From NCBI RefSeq assembly GCF_009914755.1, contig NC_060927.1: a stretch of DNA of 64,000 nt; one strand, 5' to 3'. The notes beneath the pieces were generated by a model. The model did no database searches. It was not told the DNA's origin and saw nothing but the letters and a program-made list of their open reading frames with translations. Origin of the DNA: the human T2T-CHM13v2.0 reference genome, Homo sapiens. Made by a program: the position numbers and the translations under genes. This document shows, one piece after another, positions 48,032-63,469 of this stretch (position 1 is the stretch's first letter; each line of letters opens with the position of its first letter).

Positions 48032-48780
48032 GTATGTCTTCCATATAATTTAAACATACTGCATGAGGAAGAATCTGGGCAGAAGACCTTACTTTGTCAT
48101 GATTTTTGCCAATAACCGTCTGAGACTGTTTCATCAGATTTTTGTTGTTGTTGTTGTTGTTGTTAGCTTCCTTTTCCTCTTTTGGTATGCTTTTATTTTT
48201 TATTTTATTTTTAACTGACAAATAATAATTATTTATCTGTATGGGATACAATATGATGTTTTAACAGTGCAGAATATATGTTCACAAAGTAGAATGATTG
48301 CAGAATGACCACAACCTTCCCTCAGCCTCTGGTATTCCTCATTGCACGTTCTACTTCTATGTGTTCAGTTTTTTGTATTCCGCATATAAGTGTGATCGTG
48401 TGGTCTTTCTGTGCCTGACTTATTTCACTTAGCTTAATGTCCTCCAGTTGTATCCATGTTGTCTCAAATGACAAGATCTCTCCCATTTTAAGGCTGAATA
48501 GCATTCCATTGTGTTTATATGCCATGTTTTCTTTTTTTATTTTATAATTTCAGCTTTTATTTTAGATTTAGTGGGTACATGTGCAGGTTTGTTACGTAGA
48601 TGCATTACATGATGCTGAGGTTTGAGATACAAATGATCTGATCACTGAGGTAGTAAGCATAGTACCCAGCAGTTTTTCAACCCTTGTCCCTGTCCCTCCC
48701 CACTCTAGTAGTCCCCAGTGTCTACTGTTACCATTTTTATGTCCACGAGTACCTAATGTTTAGCTCCCAGTTACAAGTGA

Positions 48781-49236
<456 letters not shown>

Positions 49237-49542
49237 TATGTACCACATTTCCTTTATCCAGTTCACTGTTGATGGGCACCTAGATTGATTCCATGTCTTA
49301 TGTTATTGTGAATAATACCGTGATGAACATTTGAGTGCATGGGTCTTTTTGGTAGAATGATTTTTTTTTTTCTTTTGGATATATACACAGTAATAAGATT
49401 GCTGGGTCAAATGTTAGTTCTAAGTTTTTTTTATAAATCTCCAAACTGCTTCCCACAGGAGCTAAACTAATTTACATTCCCACCAACAAGGTATAAGAGT
49501 TCCCTTTTCTCTGCAGCTTCGCCAGCATCTGTTATTTTTTGA

Positions 49543-49854
<312 letters not shown>

Positions 49855-50398
49855 TGACATTTTAATAGTCACTCTGACTGTTGTGAGATAGTATCTCATT
49901 GTGGTTTTGATTTGCAGTTCTCTGATGATTAGTGATAATCAGCATTTTTATATGTTTATTGGCCACTTTATTGTATGTCTTCTTTTGAGAAGTGTCTGTC
50001 CATGTCTTCTGCTCACTTTTTAATGGAATTGTTTTTTGCTTGTTGAGTTGTTTGAGTTCCTTATATATTCTGGATATTAGTCATTTGTCAGATGCATAGT
50101 TTGCAAATATTTTCTCCCATTCTGTAGGTTGTCTGTTTACTCTGTTGATAGTTTCTTTTGCTAGGCAGAAACTCTTTAGTTTAATTAAAGTCACGTTTGT
50201 CAATTGTTTTTGTTGCAATTGCTTTTGAGGACTTAGTGATAAGTGATTTCCTAAGGCCAATGTCCAGAATGGTGTTTCCTAGGTTTTCTTCTAGGATTCT
50301 TATAGTTTGAGATCTTACACTTAAATCTTGAATCCATCTTGAGTTCATTTTTGTTCATAGTGAAAGTAGGGGTCCAGTTTCATTCTTCAGCATGAATA

Positions 50399-50476
50399 AT
50401 GTACTAGCTGCAGCATGTCAGTGGGAAGGAAATTGTTAATTTCCACACAATGTAAATATACTGCCTGAGGAAGAAT
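50399..50476 (+). repeat. Degenerate direct copy of the DOCK3 exon G / intron junction (source 47985-48074)
   Basis: 70 of 78 aligned bases identical; gaps of 5 and 7 nt. Confidence 0.9.
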
Positions 50477-51623
50477 GTTCTTACCTCTACCTTAACTGTT
50501 TCTAGCCAGCTATCTCAGCACCATTCATTTTTTGCCAATTGTTACACTCTCTTTTTTATGTTTTTTTTTATAGTTATTGGGATACAGGTGGTTTTTGGTT
50601 ACATGGATGAGTTCTTTATTTGTGAATTCTGAGGTTTTGGTGCACCTATCACCCAAGCAGTGTACACTGTACCCAATATGTTGTCTTTTATCCCTCACTA
50701 CCTTCCTAATGGTTGGTTCCATATCCTTGCAGATGCGAATTGTGCTGCCATAAATATGCATGTGCGTGTATCTTTTTCATGTAATGGCTTCTTTTCCTTT
50801 GGGTAGATTCCTAGTAGTGGAATTGCTGGATTGAATGGTAGATCTACTTTTAGTTCTTTAAGGAATCACCATACTGTTTTCCATAGTGGTTGTACTAATT
50901 TGCATTCCCACCAGCAGTATAAAAGTATTCCCTTTTCACCACATCCACACCCACTTCTGTTGTTTTTTGACTTTTCAATTATGGCCATTCTTGCAGGAGT
51001 AAGGTGGTATCTCATTGTGGTTTTAGTTTGTGTTTCCCTGATGATTAATGATGGTGAACATTTTTTCATATGTTTGTTGGCTGTTTGTATATCTTCTTTG
51101 GAGAAATGTCTATTCATGTCCTTTGTCCACTTTTTGATGGGATTATTTGTGGTTTTTTGCTGATTTGTTTGAGCTCCTTGTAGATTCTGGATACTAATCA
51201 TTTGTTGCATGCATGGTTTGCAAATATTTTCTCACACTGTGAGGGTTGTCTGTTTACTCCACTGATATTTCTTTTGCTGCTAGCACCATTTATTGAGTAT
51301 GGAGTCCTGTCCCTGTTGTTATTTTTGTTGATTTTGTCAAAGACCAGATGGCTGTAGGTAGGCCATTTTATTTTGAGGCTCTCTGTTGTGTTCCATTGGT
51401 CTGTGTGTCTTTTTTTATACCAGTATGATGCATTTTTGGTACTGTAGCCTTGTAGTATAGTTTGAAATGGGGTGATGTGATGCCTGCAGCTTTGTTCTTT
51501 TTGCCAAGGCTTGCTTTGGCTATTTGGACTCTTTTTCAGTTCTGTATTAATTTTAGAATAGTTTCTTCTAATTCTGGGAAAAATTATGTTGGTAGTTTGA
51601 TAGGAATAGTGTTGAATCTATAG

Positions 51624-52090
<467 letters not shown>

Positions 52091-54766
52091 TCTTTCAGCA
52101 GTACTCTGTAATTATGCTTGTAGAGGTCTTTCACCACTTTGGTTAGATGTATTCCTAGGTATTTTTTGTGTATGGCTACTGTAAACGCAATTGCATTCTT
52201 GATTTGGCTTTCAGCTTGAACGTTGTTGGTGTAGAGAAAAGCTACTGGCTTTTTTAACATATACCACATTTTCTTAATCCATTCATCTGCTGATCAACAC
52301 CTAGATTGTTTCCATATCTTAGCTATTAACAATTTTGCAGTGAACATGGAAGTGCAGACCTCTCCCATGTTCTGAAGATGTCCAAGACATCTTCAACATA
52401 CTGATTTCAATTTCTTTGGACATATACCCAGTAGTGGGATTGCTGGCTTATATGGTAATACTATTTTTAGTTTTCTGAGAAACCTCTATACTGTTTTCCA
52501 TAATGGCTGTATTAATTTACATTCTCATCAACAGTGCATAAGAATTCCTTTTTCTCCACATCCTCACCAACACTTGTTATGTTTTATCTTTTGGTAATAG
52601 CTCTCCCAACTGGGATGAGGTGACATCTCATTGTGGTTTCAATTTGCATTTCCCTGATGATTAGTGATGATGAGCATTTTTTCATATATTTGTTGGCCAT
52701 TTGTGTATCTTCTTTTGAGAAATGTCTACTTAGGTCCTTTTTCCCATCTTTTTGATTGCGTTGTTTTCTTGCTAGTGAGTTGTTTGAGTTCCTTATACAT
52801 TTTGGATATTAGTTCCTTATCAGAGATACATGGTTTGGAAATATTTTCTCCCATTCCATGAGTTGTCTGTTTCCTGTATCAGTTTTTGTTTTTGTTGCCT
52901 TTGCTTTGGGGGTCATACTCAAGGAATCATACTTTGGGATTTTTTTGTTAGCTCCTTTTTTAAAAAGGTATATAGCATATCAGTTTATTAACTTTTAAAA
53001 ACTATATTTAAGCCTGATATCTTTCTGGCTCTACTCTCCTGATTTTAAGAACTCTAAATACTGCTCATTAACTTGTACCTGCTGATTTTGTCTAGTCTCT
53101 CACTTGGAGTCCATAATACCTTCCTTCCTTACCCCTATGTTAACTGCCTTCTCCAAGTACCTTTGTGACATTTCCTATCTAATGGCTTTAGCAGGCTGAC
53201 ATCAACACTGCCAGTCCCCAGTTGCCTTCATAGGGCTTTTCTGGGCAGAGTGTTTCCCCTTAGCTCAATAAAAACCCCAGGCACTTCCTGGTGGTGAAAG
53301 CCCATCAGGTGAATCCTACACAGTGGACTGAATTCTACTGAAGAAAATGGAAGTATTTTTGGTTATCAGTAAGAGTAATGGAATGTAGGCTAGAGATTAA
53401 ATCTGGAGAAGGCATCCTGTCCATAATGAACATTCTTAGCTTTGCCATCACAAGCGTCAAATGAATTAGCACAAATGCACCACCTAACTTTGCTTTCACA
53501 GCTCCATTAACTCAATAATACACAACACAGTGTTTCCAAGTCAGGAACAGTTTTAAAGTCTGTGTACCACTGTGTACTTTCATGAAGTTGATGTATGAAT
53601 TTTGTTTTAATTATGTGATCAGATTATCATAAAAATTTTTTAACTCTTCAAAGCAATCTAATGCTAGTTTTGAAACTTAAGATAAATTCATACTCATATT
53701 TTCCTTCTAAGAATATTGAAAATATCAACCAGTAAACGAGGTATTAAGAAGTCTGTTGTCTTTTCAAGGGTGAGCTTTTATATTCCTGAGAAGAGAACAT
53801 CCTACCAGCATATCTAGTTTTAGCATCAATAATTTGTCTCCAGCTAGCTAGAAGACAATGTAAAGAGAATGTGATAGCATTTTGAAATATTTTTTACTTC
53901 TTATTGGAAGATTTCAAGCATATGCAGAAGTATACAGAATAGTATAAAGAACCTTAGATGTATCTCTGACCCAACCCCAAAGACCATTAACCCATGGCCA
54001 GTCTTGACCCATCATTATTACCCCTATCTACACCTTCTACCTCATATTTTTCAGAAATGAATTGTAAACATTGTATCTTTTAAACTGGAGGAAGGATAGA
54101 CTTGATTTTTGAAGGCTGCAAGTGTCCATCAATATTTATTATTCTCTTCCTTTGTTTTTGCATCTCAGAAATAGGCACATGTTGAAACAACAACAAAAAT
54201 ACTGCCACATTTTTTACCCCCATTGACAGCCCTCATTGACTGCATTCTCCATTCTTCTGTAATACTAATTCTTAGACCAAAAAATAGTGTCTGTAGGTAA
54301 AGCCTAACTTGCCACACCCTTATCAAATATACTCTATATTGTTAGGCCACAGTAGAGAGCAAGAGACTACTGAACTTTTGGGGATACCAGTAAGCTCTTT
54401 TTCTCAAAATAAATTTGGCATCAGTATCACTTAGATTGTTTTTATATCAAAATTGCTATTCTGCATAGGTGTCCTATGGTTTTTAGGGCATTGCCCTTTC
54501 CTTAGAAATGTATCACTCACCCAACAGGAAGAGCCTCTCTAAGTCTTTCTTGGGGCCCTTTGGGCTATAAGCCAACACCTCAAGTGCACCTAGTTATCAC
54601 TTAGCTGGGTGGAGGGTCAGGGTACTAGTACGATGATTTTTAAGTGGTATTTTGAGATCCTAAGAGATCTTTCACTTTTTTATTGGAAGTTAAATTCATT
54701 GATTTATGGAAGTTTGTGCGTGTAAGGTCCTGAGACCTGAGCCCTCTGCTTTTTATGTTGTTTTAG

Positions 54767-54850
54767 TTTCTGCAGGACATCTTAGATACACTCTTTGTGA
54801 TTTTGGATGATAATACAGAGAAGTACGGCCTGTTGGTTTTTCAGTCTCTG
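54767..54850 (+). CDS. DOCK3: DOCK3 coding exon H (84 nt)
   Basis: atgttgttttag|TTT CTG CAG GAC...TCT CTG|gtaagt; FLQDILDTLFVILDDNTEKYGLLVFQSL; restores the family motif EIVKFLQD. Confidence 0.95.
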
Positions 54851-55911
54851 GTAAGTCACCTTCCTGACTCTTTACTTTTATTAATTATTCCTGTCATATA
54901 TTTCAGAAAATTTAAGGGAAGCAATTTATTAGAGTGAATCAGCACAAGATATAGATGTTTCCAATAGAAAAGGGACTAAGGACTGTCACCCAAGGAAGAC
55001 CAAGCAACCAACCAGGCAGATCAAACTTGAAGAATCCAACACAATCAAGTCCAGACCTTGACTTTATAGTTTCTGGATCTTCCATCTCATCACTATTGCA
55101 GTATGCCTGGCCCATGAAATAGTGACCTCCATGAGGTCAGAAACCCAGAGAGTAATACAAGAAATCAGATGGCTCATTTTTTCACTTACAAAGTAGGATA
55201 TAACCATCATGAAAAGCAGAGACTTACCCATGCTGGTCTCTAGAGACCTGTGCAGGTCCAGAATCTATGCAGTTGTTTCAGAACTAGAGTCTCAGAAGGT
55301 TGGTTAATGAAAATGGACAGTGATTTGAATGTTTAGTGCATTTTGCCTAATATATCCAGTCCCACAGAGAGCCATACATTCAAGAAGAGTCAGATACTCT
55401 CATAGATAAGGAGCAGAGGTGAGAGTTGCAATGAGTACTTGCATAGTTTGCCCCTCCGGCTCTTCTTCTTCCTAATTTGCCTGTCCACCAGCCCCATTTC
55501 TGAAGGATACAGAGTTTCATAGGCTGATTTGGCTCAGAGGACAAGCTTTTTTTCCTCTCTTTTCCACGTTTTTGGGAATACCTTATTGTTTATGCCATCT
55601 ACACGCATATTGTTTTGCCTTTCCCTGATCTGTATTGTACCACCCAGCATTATTGTGAAGGGAGAGGCTCACAGTAAATACAGGAAGAGACTGATGAGCC
55701 CGGGTCTGAATTAGGAGGCTGGGGTGTTAGAGAAAAGACAAGACAGAAATACAGACACAGAATGGAAATCTTACATTCACTACCCATGGGGAATGCTAGA
55801 GGACAGCACTGACAATTTGCCATTATTTGGAGAAGGAAGACTCTGTTTCCTGCTGGGGATAGATCTGAGGCCTCCAGTGAACCCTGATGGCTTACTCTCC
55901 ATATCTCCCAG

Positions 55912-56012
55912 GTGTTCATCATCAACCTGCTCCGAGACATCAAGTATTTTCACTTTCGACCTGTGATGGACACGTATATCCAGAAGCACTTTGCTGGAGC
56001 TCTGGCATACAA
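55912..56012 (+). CDS. DOCK3: DOCK3 coding exon I (101 nt)
   Basis: ctccatatctcccag|GTG TTC ATC...GCA TAC AA|gtaagt; VFIINLLRDIKYFHFRPVMDTYIQKHFAGALAY(K). Confidence 0.96.
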
Positions 56013-56513
56013 GTAAGTTCCATTTGGTATCATCATTAGGACTCGTGTTTGAGTAGAAATATAGGCTTTAAAAAAGTTTAGCTGCAACCAGCATTTAAAA
56101 AGTTCAGCTGACTTTTTAAAAATTTTATATTTTTAATTGTGATAAAATACACATAACACAAAATTGACCATCTTAACCATTTTCTGAGTGTAGGGTTCAG
56201 TGACTTTAAGTACATTCACATCATTGTACAACCATCACCAGAACTCTGTCCATCTCCAAAACTCTTTTCCTGTTACAAAACTGAAATATTGTAATCATTA
56301 AAAATAACTCCCCATTCTCCCCTCCCCTATCCCCTGGCACCCACCATTCTATTCTACTTTCTGTCTCTATGAATTTGACTACTTTAGGTACCTCATGTAA
56401 GTGTAATCACAATATTTGTCCTTTTGTGAGTAGCTTATTTCACTCAGCATAATGTCTTCAAGGCTCATCCATGTTTTAGCATGGGTCAGAATTTCATTCC
56501 TTTCAAAGACTGA

Positions 56514-56863
<350 letters not shown>

Positions 56864-56874
56864 GGGTTTTTTTG

Positions 56875-59800
56875 TTTGTTTTTTAATTTTATTTTAAGTT
56901 CAGGGGTACATGTGCAGGTTTGTTATATAGGTAAATTTGTGTCATGGAGGTTTGTTGTATAGATTATTTCATCACCTAGGTATTAAGCCTAGTACCCATT
57001 AGTTATTTTTCCTGATCCTCTCCGTCCTCCTACCCTCTACCCTCCGATAGGCCTCGGTGTGTTTTGTTCCCCTCTATGTGTCCATGCATTCTCGTCATGT
57101 AGCTCCCACTTATAAGTGAGAACATGTGGTATTTGGTTTTCTGTTGCTGTGTTAGTTTGCTAAGAATAATGGTCTCCAGCTTCATCCATGTTTCTGCAAA
57201 AGACATGATCTCATTCTTTTTTATGGCTGCATAGTATTCCATGGTATATATGTACCACATTTTCTTTATCCAGTCTACCATTGATAGGCATTTAGCTTGA
57301 TTCCATGTCTTTGCCATTGTGAACAGTGCTGCAATGAACCTATGCAAGCATGTGTCTTTATGGTAGAACAATTTATATTACTTTGGGTTTATATACAGTA
57401 TTGGGATTGCTGGGTCAAATGGTAGTTCTGTTTTTACGTCTTTGAGAAATTGCCACACCGCTTTCCACAATGGTTGAACTAATTTACACTACCATCAACA
57501 GTATATAAGCATTCATTTTTCTCTGCAACCTTGCCAGCATCTGTTATTTTTTGACATTTTAATCATAGCCATTCTGGCCGGTGCAGGATGGTATCTTGTA
57601 CCCCAAAGATAAAGCGTACTTTTTATTTATTTATTTATTTATTTATTTAGAGACAGAGTCTCACTCTGTCACCTAGGATGGAGTAGAGTGGCGCAATCTT
57701 GGCTCACTGTAACCTGCGCCTCCTGGGTTCAAGCGATCCTTCTGCCTCAGCCTCCTGAGTAGCTGGGACTACAGGCATATGCCACCACACCTGGCTAATT
57801 TTTGTATTTTGAGTAGAGACGGGGTTTCACCATGTTGGCCAGGCTGGTCTCCATCTCCTGACCTGCCTCGGCCTCCCAAAGTGCTGGGATTACAGGTGTA
57901 AGCCACTGTGCCCAGCCACTGGCCTCATTTCTTTGTGCATTTGGTACAATTTGGCTGTGAATCTGTCTGGTCCTGGGTTTTTTTTTTGTTTGTTTGTTTT
58001 TTGTTTTTTTTGTTTTTTTTTAGTTGGTAGGCTGTTACTGACTCAAGTTCACAGTTTATTATTGGTCTGTTTGGGGATTCCATTTCTTCTTGGTTCACTC
58101 TTGGGAGAGTGTTTGTGTCCATGAATTTATTTATTTCTTCTAGATTTTTTAGTTTATGTGCATAAAGATGTTCATAATATTCTCTGATGGTTATTTGTAT
58201 TTCTGTGGGGTCAAAGGGAATATCCCCCTTTTCATTTCTGATTGTATTTATTAGAATATTCTCTTTTTTCTTCTTTATTAGTCTAGCTAGCAGTCTATTA
58301 ATTGTTTTCAAAAAATCATCCCGGATTCATTGATCTTTTGAATGGTTTTTTGTGTCTCAATCTCCTTTGGTTCAATTCTGATTTTGGTTATTTCATGTCT
58401 TCTGCTAGTTTAGGAATTGGTTTGCTCTTAGTTCTCTAGTTCTTTTAGTTGTGATGTTAGGCTGTTAAATTGAGATCTTTCTAACTTTTTGATTTGGGCA
58501 TTCAGTGCTATAAATTTCCCTCTTAACAATGCCTTACCTGTGTCCCAGAGATTCTGGTATGCTGTATCTTTATTCTAATTAGTTTCAAAGAACTTGTTGA
58601 TTTCTGCCTTAATTTCATTATTTACCCAGAAGTTATTCAGGAGCAAGTTATTGCATTTCCATGTAATTTTATGGTTTTCAGTGAATTTCTTAGTCTTGAT
58701 TTCTAATTTGATTGTGCTGTGGTCTGAGAGAGTATGATTTCAGTGATTTTGCTGAGGAGTGTTTTGTGTCCCAATTATGTGGTCAATTTTAGACTATGTG
58801 CCATGTGGCAATGAGACAAATGTATGTTCTCTTGCTTTTGAGTGGAGTGTTCTGTAGATGTCTATCAGGTCCATTTGATCTAGTGCTGAGTTAGGTCCTG
58901 ATATCTTTGTTAATTTTCTGTCTTGATGATCTGTCTAATACTGTCAGTGTGGTGTTGAAGTCTCCCTCTATTATTGTGTAGGAGTCTTAAGTCTCTTTGA
59001 AGGTCTCTAAGAACTTCCTTTATGAATCTAGGTGCTCCTGTGTTGGGTGCATATATACTTAAGAGAGTTAGGTCTTCTTGTTGAACTCTTCAACATTATG
59101 TAATACCCTTCTTTGTCTTTTGCAGTCTTTGTTGGTTTGAAATCTGTTTTGTTTGAAATCAGGATTGCAACCCCTACTATTTTTCTGTTTTCCATTTGCT
59201 GGGTAGATTTTTCTCCATCCCTTTATTTTGAGCCTATCTGTGTCACTGCATGTGAGATGGGTCTCTTTGAAGACAGCTTATGAATGGGTCTTGGTTCTTT
59301 ATCCAGCTTGCCACTCTATGCCTTTTAATTGGGAAATTTTATCCATTTATATTCAAAGTTAGTATTGATATGTGTGGATTTGATCCTGTTATGATGTTAG
59401 CTGGTTATTTTGCAGACTTGTTTATGTAGTTGCTTTATAATGTCACTGGTCTGTGTACTTGTGTGTTTTTGTCATGGCTGGTATTGGTCTTTTCTTTGCG
59501 TATTTTGTGCTTCCTTCGGGAGCTCTTGTAAGGCAGGTCTGGTGGTAACAAATTCCTTCAGCATTTGGTTGTCTGAAAAGGATCTTATTTCTCCTTCGCT
59601 TATGAAGCTTAGTTTGGCTGGATATGAAATTATTTATTGGAATTTCTTTTCTTTAAGAATGTTGAATATTGGCCCCCAGTCTCTTCTTGCTTGTTTCTAC
59701 TGAGAGATCCACTTTTAGTCTCATGAGCTTCCCTTTGTAGGTGACCTGATCCTTCTCTCTAAATGCCTTTAACATTTTTTCTTTCATTTTGACCTTGGAG

Positions 59801-61830
59801 AATCTGATGAATATGTGTCTTGGAGATGATCTTCTTGTGAAGTATTTTACTGGGGTTCTCCGCATTTCCTGAATTTGAATGTTGCCCTTTCTAGCTAGGT
59901 TGGGGAAGTCTTCATGGATGATATCCTGAAATATGTTTTCTAAGTTGGTTCCATTCTCCCCGTCTATTTTAAGGACACCAGTGAGTTGTAGATTTGGTCT
60001 CTTTACATAATCCCATATTCCTCGGAGGTTTTGTTCATTCATTTTCATTCTTTTTTCTCTGTTCTTGTCTGACTGTCATATTTCAGAAGGCCAGTCTTCA
60101 AGCTCTGAGATTCTTTCCCGAACTTGGTCTATTCTGCTGTTAATACTTGCAATTGCATTCTGAAATTCCTGTAGAGTGTTTTTCAGCTCTGTCAGGTCAG
60201 TTACATTCTTTTCTATACTAACTATTTTGTCTGTCAGCTCCTGCATTGTTTTATCATGATTTTTAGCTTCCTTGGATTAGCTTTCAGTGTACTCCTGTAG
60301 CTCAATGATCATCATTCCTATCCATATTCTGAATTCTATTTCTGTCATTTCAGCCCTCTCAGCCCAGTTCAGAACCCTTGCTGGAGAGGTGATGCAGTCA
60401 TTTGGAGGAAAGAAGGCTTTTTGAGTTGCCAGGGTCCTTGTGCTGGTTCTTTTTCATCTTTGTGGGCTTGTCACTCTTCAGTCTTCGAGGTTGCTGTCCT
60501 TTGGATGGTTTTTTTTTTCCCTTTTATCCTGTTTGATGACCTTGAATGTTTGATTATGGTATAAAGTGGATTCAGCCAGCTGGATTCATTTCTGGAACAT
60601 TTTAGGGGACAGTGCTCAGCTCTCAACTCCTGGACTGTGCACTCTAACACAACTTGGGGACTGGTATTGGGCCCCAGCTTTGTTCTCTGGCTCCTTAAGG
60701 TTAGGAATCCACTGTACTGGGTAGGCCGAGATGCTCCCAGACTGCTGGCCATTCCACTTTGGCTGGGTGGTATAAGCCAAAGTGGTTCATAGTGCAGTGA
60801 CAGCTGGATCTATCCCTGTTCACATGTGCCAGCAGCAGTGGGTACAGCAGCTGTGGCAGAGTCACCTGTGGCAGAGTGCTAGCAGATGCCAGTGTCAGGG
60901 TACCTGCCTCCCTGCAGGCATTGACCAAGGTGGCAGAGGCAACATGGCTGGGCAGAGCTGGGGCCCCTACTGGCAACTTTTGTGCAGTCACGGTAGAGAT
61001 GGTGATGGCTCAGGGTTGGGACACTGAAGGTCTGGGTGCCTCCTCTGTGTCCTGCAAGCAGAAGTAGTCACTCAGGATAGGGGAGGATCTGCTATTCTCT
61101 GCACAGTGTTAGAGCAAGGGTGGGGCACTGACAAGGACGGGGCTGGCTGGCTCTGTGCCCACCAAGGCTCCATCTGCAATGGTGGTGGGAGCAGGGGACA
61201 GGCTGCACTCTTACATGCTAGCCCACTTTTTAATGGAAAAAGGAAAGCAAAACCTGCCAGTACAGACACAAGCCAGTAAAGCATTGTGGAGAGTTGCAGT
61301 GGGTCCTGGGGAAGCTGCAGTATGGGGAGGGGGCATGCAGGCTAGTGCGTGGCATAGGGTCGCACCAGTGGAGCTCTCCCCCATCAAGCATGGTCTGTGT
61401 AGAAGCTATGACATGGGGCCCCCAGGTCACCTGAGGCTGCCCTGCAAGCAGGTATGGCCAGACTTGGGCCCTAGGAGAGGCCAGCCAACCAAGGGGTGCT
61501 CAGGATAGACCAGCCCCATCTGATGGGCAAGACCGCCCTGCAGAGTTCAGGACCAACAGTTCCCCTAGGACTGAAGTCTCCCACGGGAGCAAGTCAAGCC
61601 TAGGGGGATGGCCATCCCTGGCTGTGCACCACTACAGACACTCCCATACCAAACCCCCTGGGCTCCACATCATCTGGTTTGCTACCCCTACCACTTCTCT
61701 AAGCAGCTCTCCCTGCCAACTCAAGTATCTGTGGTGGTTGAGGGCTCTCCTTCTGCCAGGGTTCCAGAGGCCATTAGTAAGAGCAAGTTGCTTCTTAATA
61801 GTTCACTCACCTTTCCTCCAGAGCCATCGA
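56875..61830 (-). mobile_element. Older L1PA (about PA10-13) with 5' UTR and internal ORF2 deletions
   Basis: 3' end ttttaagttcaggggtacatgtgcagg; ORF2 remnants 57030-57371 and 57925-58311; ORF1 remnant 59653-60048; GC-rich 5' UTR to about 61830. Confidence 0.8.
57619..57917 (-). mobile_element. AluS without a TSD
   Basis: (TTTA)n tail plus antisense Alu. Confidence 0.92.
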
Positions 61831-63469
61831 GGGCCAGGCTATTTTCTGGGTTTTTTTTTTTATAGTGGCCACCCTAATGGGTGTAAAGTGATATTTCTTT
61901 ATGTTTTTTATTTGTGTTTCCCTAATTATCTTCCTTTGAGAAATGTGTATTCAAGTCCTTCACCCATTTTTTAAAAAGAGGTTATTTGTTTTATTGTTGA
62001 GTTATAGGAGTTCTTTATATATTCTGGATATTAACCCCTTATCAGTTATATGATTTATAAATATTTTTCCCAGTCACTTGGTTGCCTTTTCACTCTGTTG
62101 ATTGTGTCCTTTGAGACACAGAAGTTTTTAAAGTTTTGATGTAGTCCACCTTATTTTTTGTTGTTGCCTGTGCTTTTGGTGTCATTTTCAAGAAATCATT
62201 GCCTAATATGAAGCTTTCACCTATCTTTTCTTTTAAGTGTTTTATAATTCTAGCCCTTAGATTTAGGTCTTTGATCCACTTTGAGTTAATTTTTGTATAT
62301 TGTATAAGATAAGTGTCTGACTTCATTCTTTTTGCATGTGGATATCCAATTTCCCAGTTCCATTTATTGAAGCTGTCTTTTCCCCCACTGAATGGTCTTG
62401 GCATTCTTGTCAAAAGGGTGATACCCTGGCCCCTTGACCATATATGTGAGGCTTTACTTCTGGCCTATCTTTTCCCATTGTTTTATAAATATGTCTTTAT
62501 GCTAATTCAACATTGTTTTGATTGCTGTAGCTTTGTGGTAAGTTTTGAAATCAGGAAGTATGAGACTGCAATTTTGTTCCTCTTTTTCAAGATGCTTTTG
62601 GCTATTCCAGGTCACTTGTGATTCCATATTAGGATGGATTTTTTTTTTTCTGCAAAAAATGCCATTGGAATTGTGTTAGGGATTGCATTGAATCTGTAGA
62701 TCACTTTGGGTAGCATTTACATCTTTAATAACAATATTAAACCTTCTAATTAATGAATATAAGACGTATTTCCATTTATTGCTATCTTTTATTTCTTTAA
62801 GCAACATGTATAAAACTTTTGTCTCCTTAGTTAAATGTATCCTAAGTATTTTATTCTTTTTGATGCTATTGTAAATGGAATTGTCTTAATTTCATTTTCA
62901 GAATGTTCATTTTTAGCATATAGAAATGCATTTGATTTTTTGTGTTGATTTTGTGTCCTGCAACTTTACTGAATTTATTTATTAGTTCTAACAGGTTTTT
63001 TTGGGGATTCTTTAGGGTTTTCTACATATAAGATTATATCATTTGAAAACAGAGCATTTTATTCTTCCTTTTCAATTTGAATGTCTTTGATTTCTTTTTC
63101 TTGCCTAATTTCACTGGCTAGGATTTCCAGTGCTATGTTGAATAAAAGTGTCAAAAGTGAGGATTCTTATCTTATTTCTGATCTTAGAGGAAATGCTTTC
63201 AGTCTTTTACCATTATGTTTGATGTTAGCTGTGGGCTTTCAGCTGATATTTCAGACTATAGTTTGTTACATAGTTGCTATACTTCTACTTCTAGGAAATG
63301 ATGGTAAAGCTGCTAAAGATGTCTTGGTTTTTCCATGAGAAACATTCGAATAGCTAAAATAGCACCCACAAAAAAATGTCAAAGAATATAAAAAGACAGT
63401 CCATAAAAGAGATTATATAACTAATAAACAAATATGAGAAACACAGGTTATCTAAGACCATTAAAGCAA

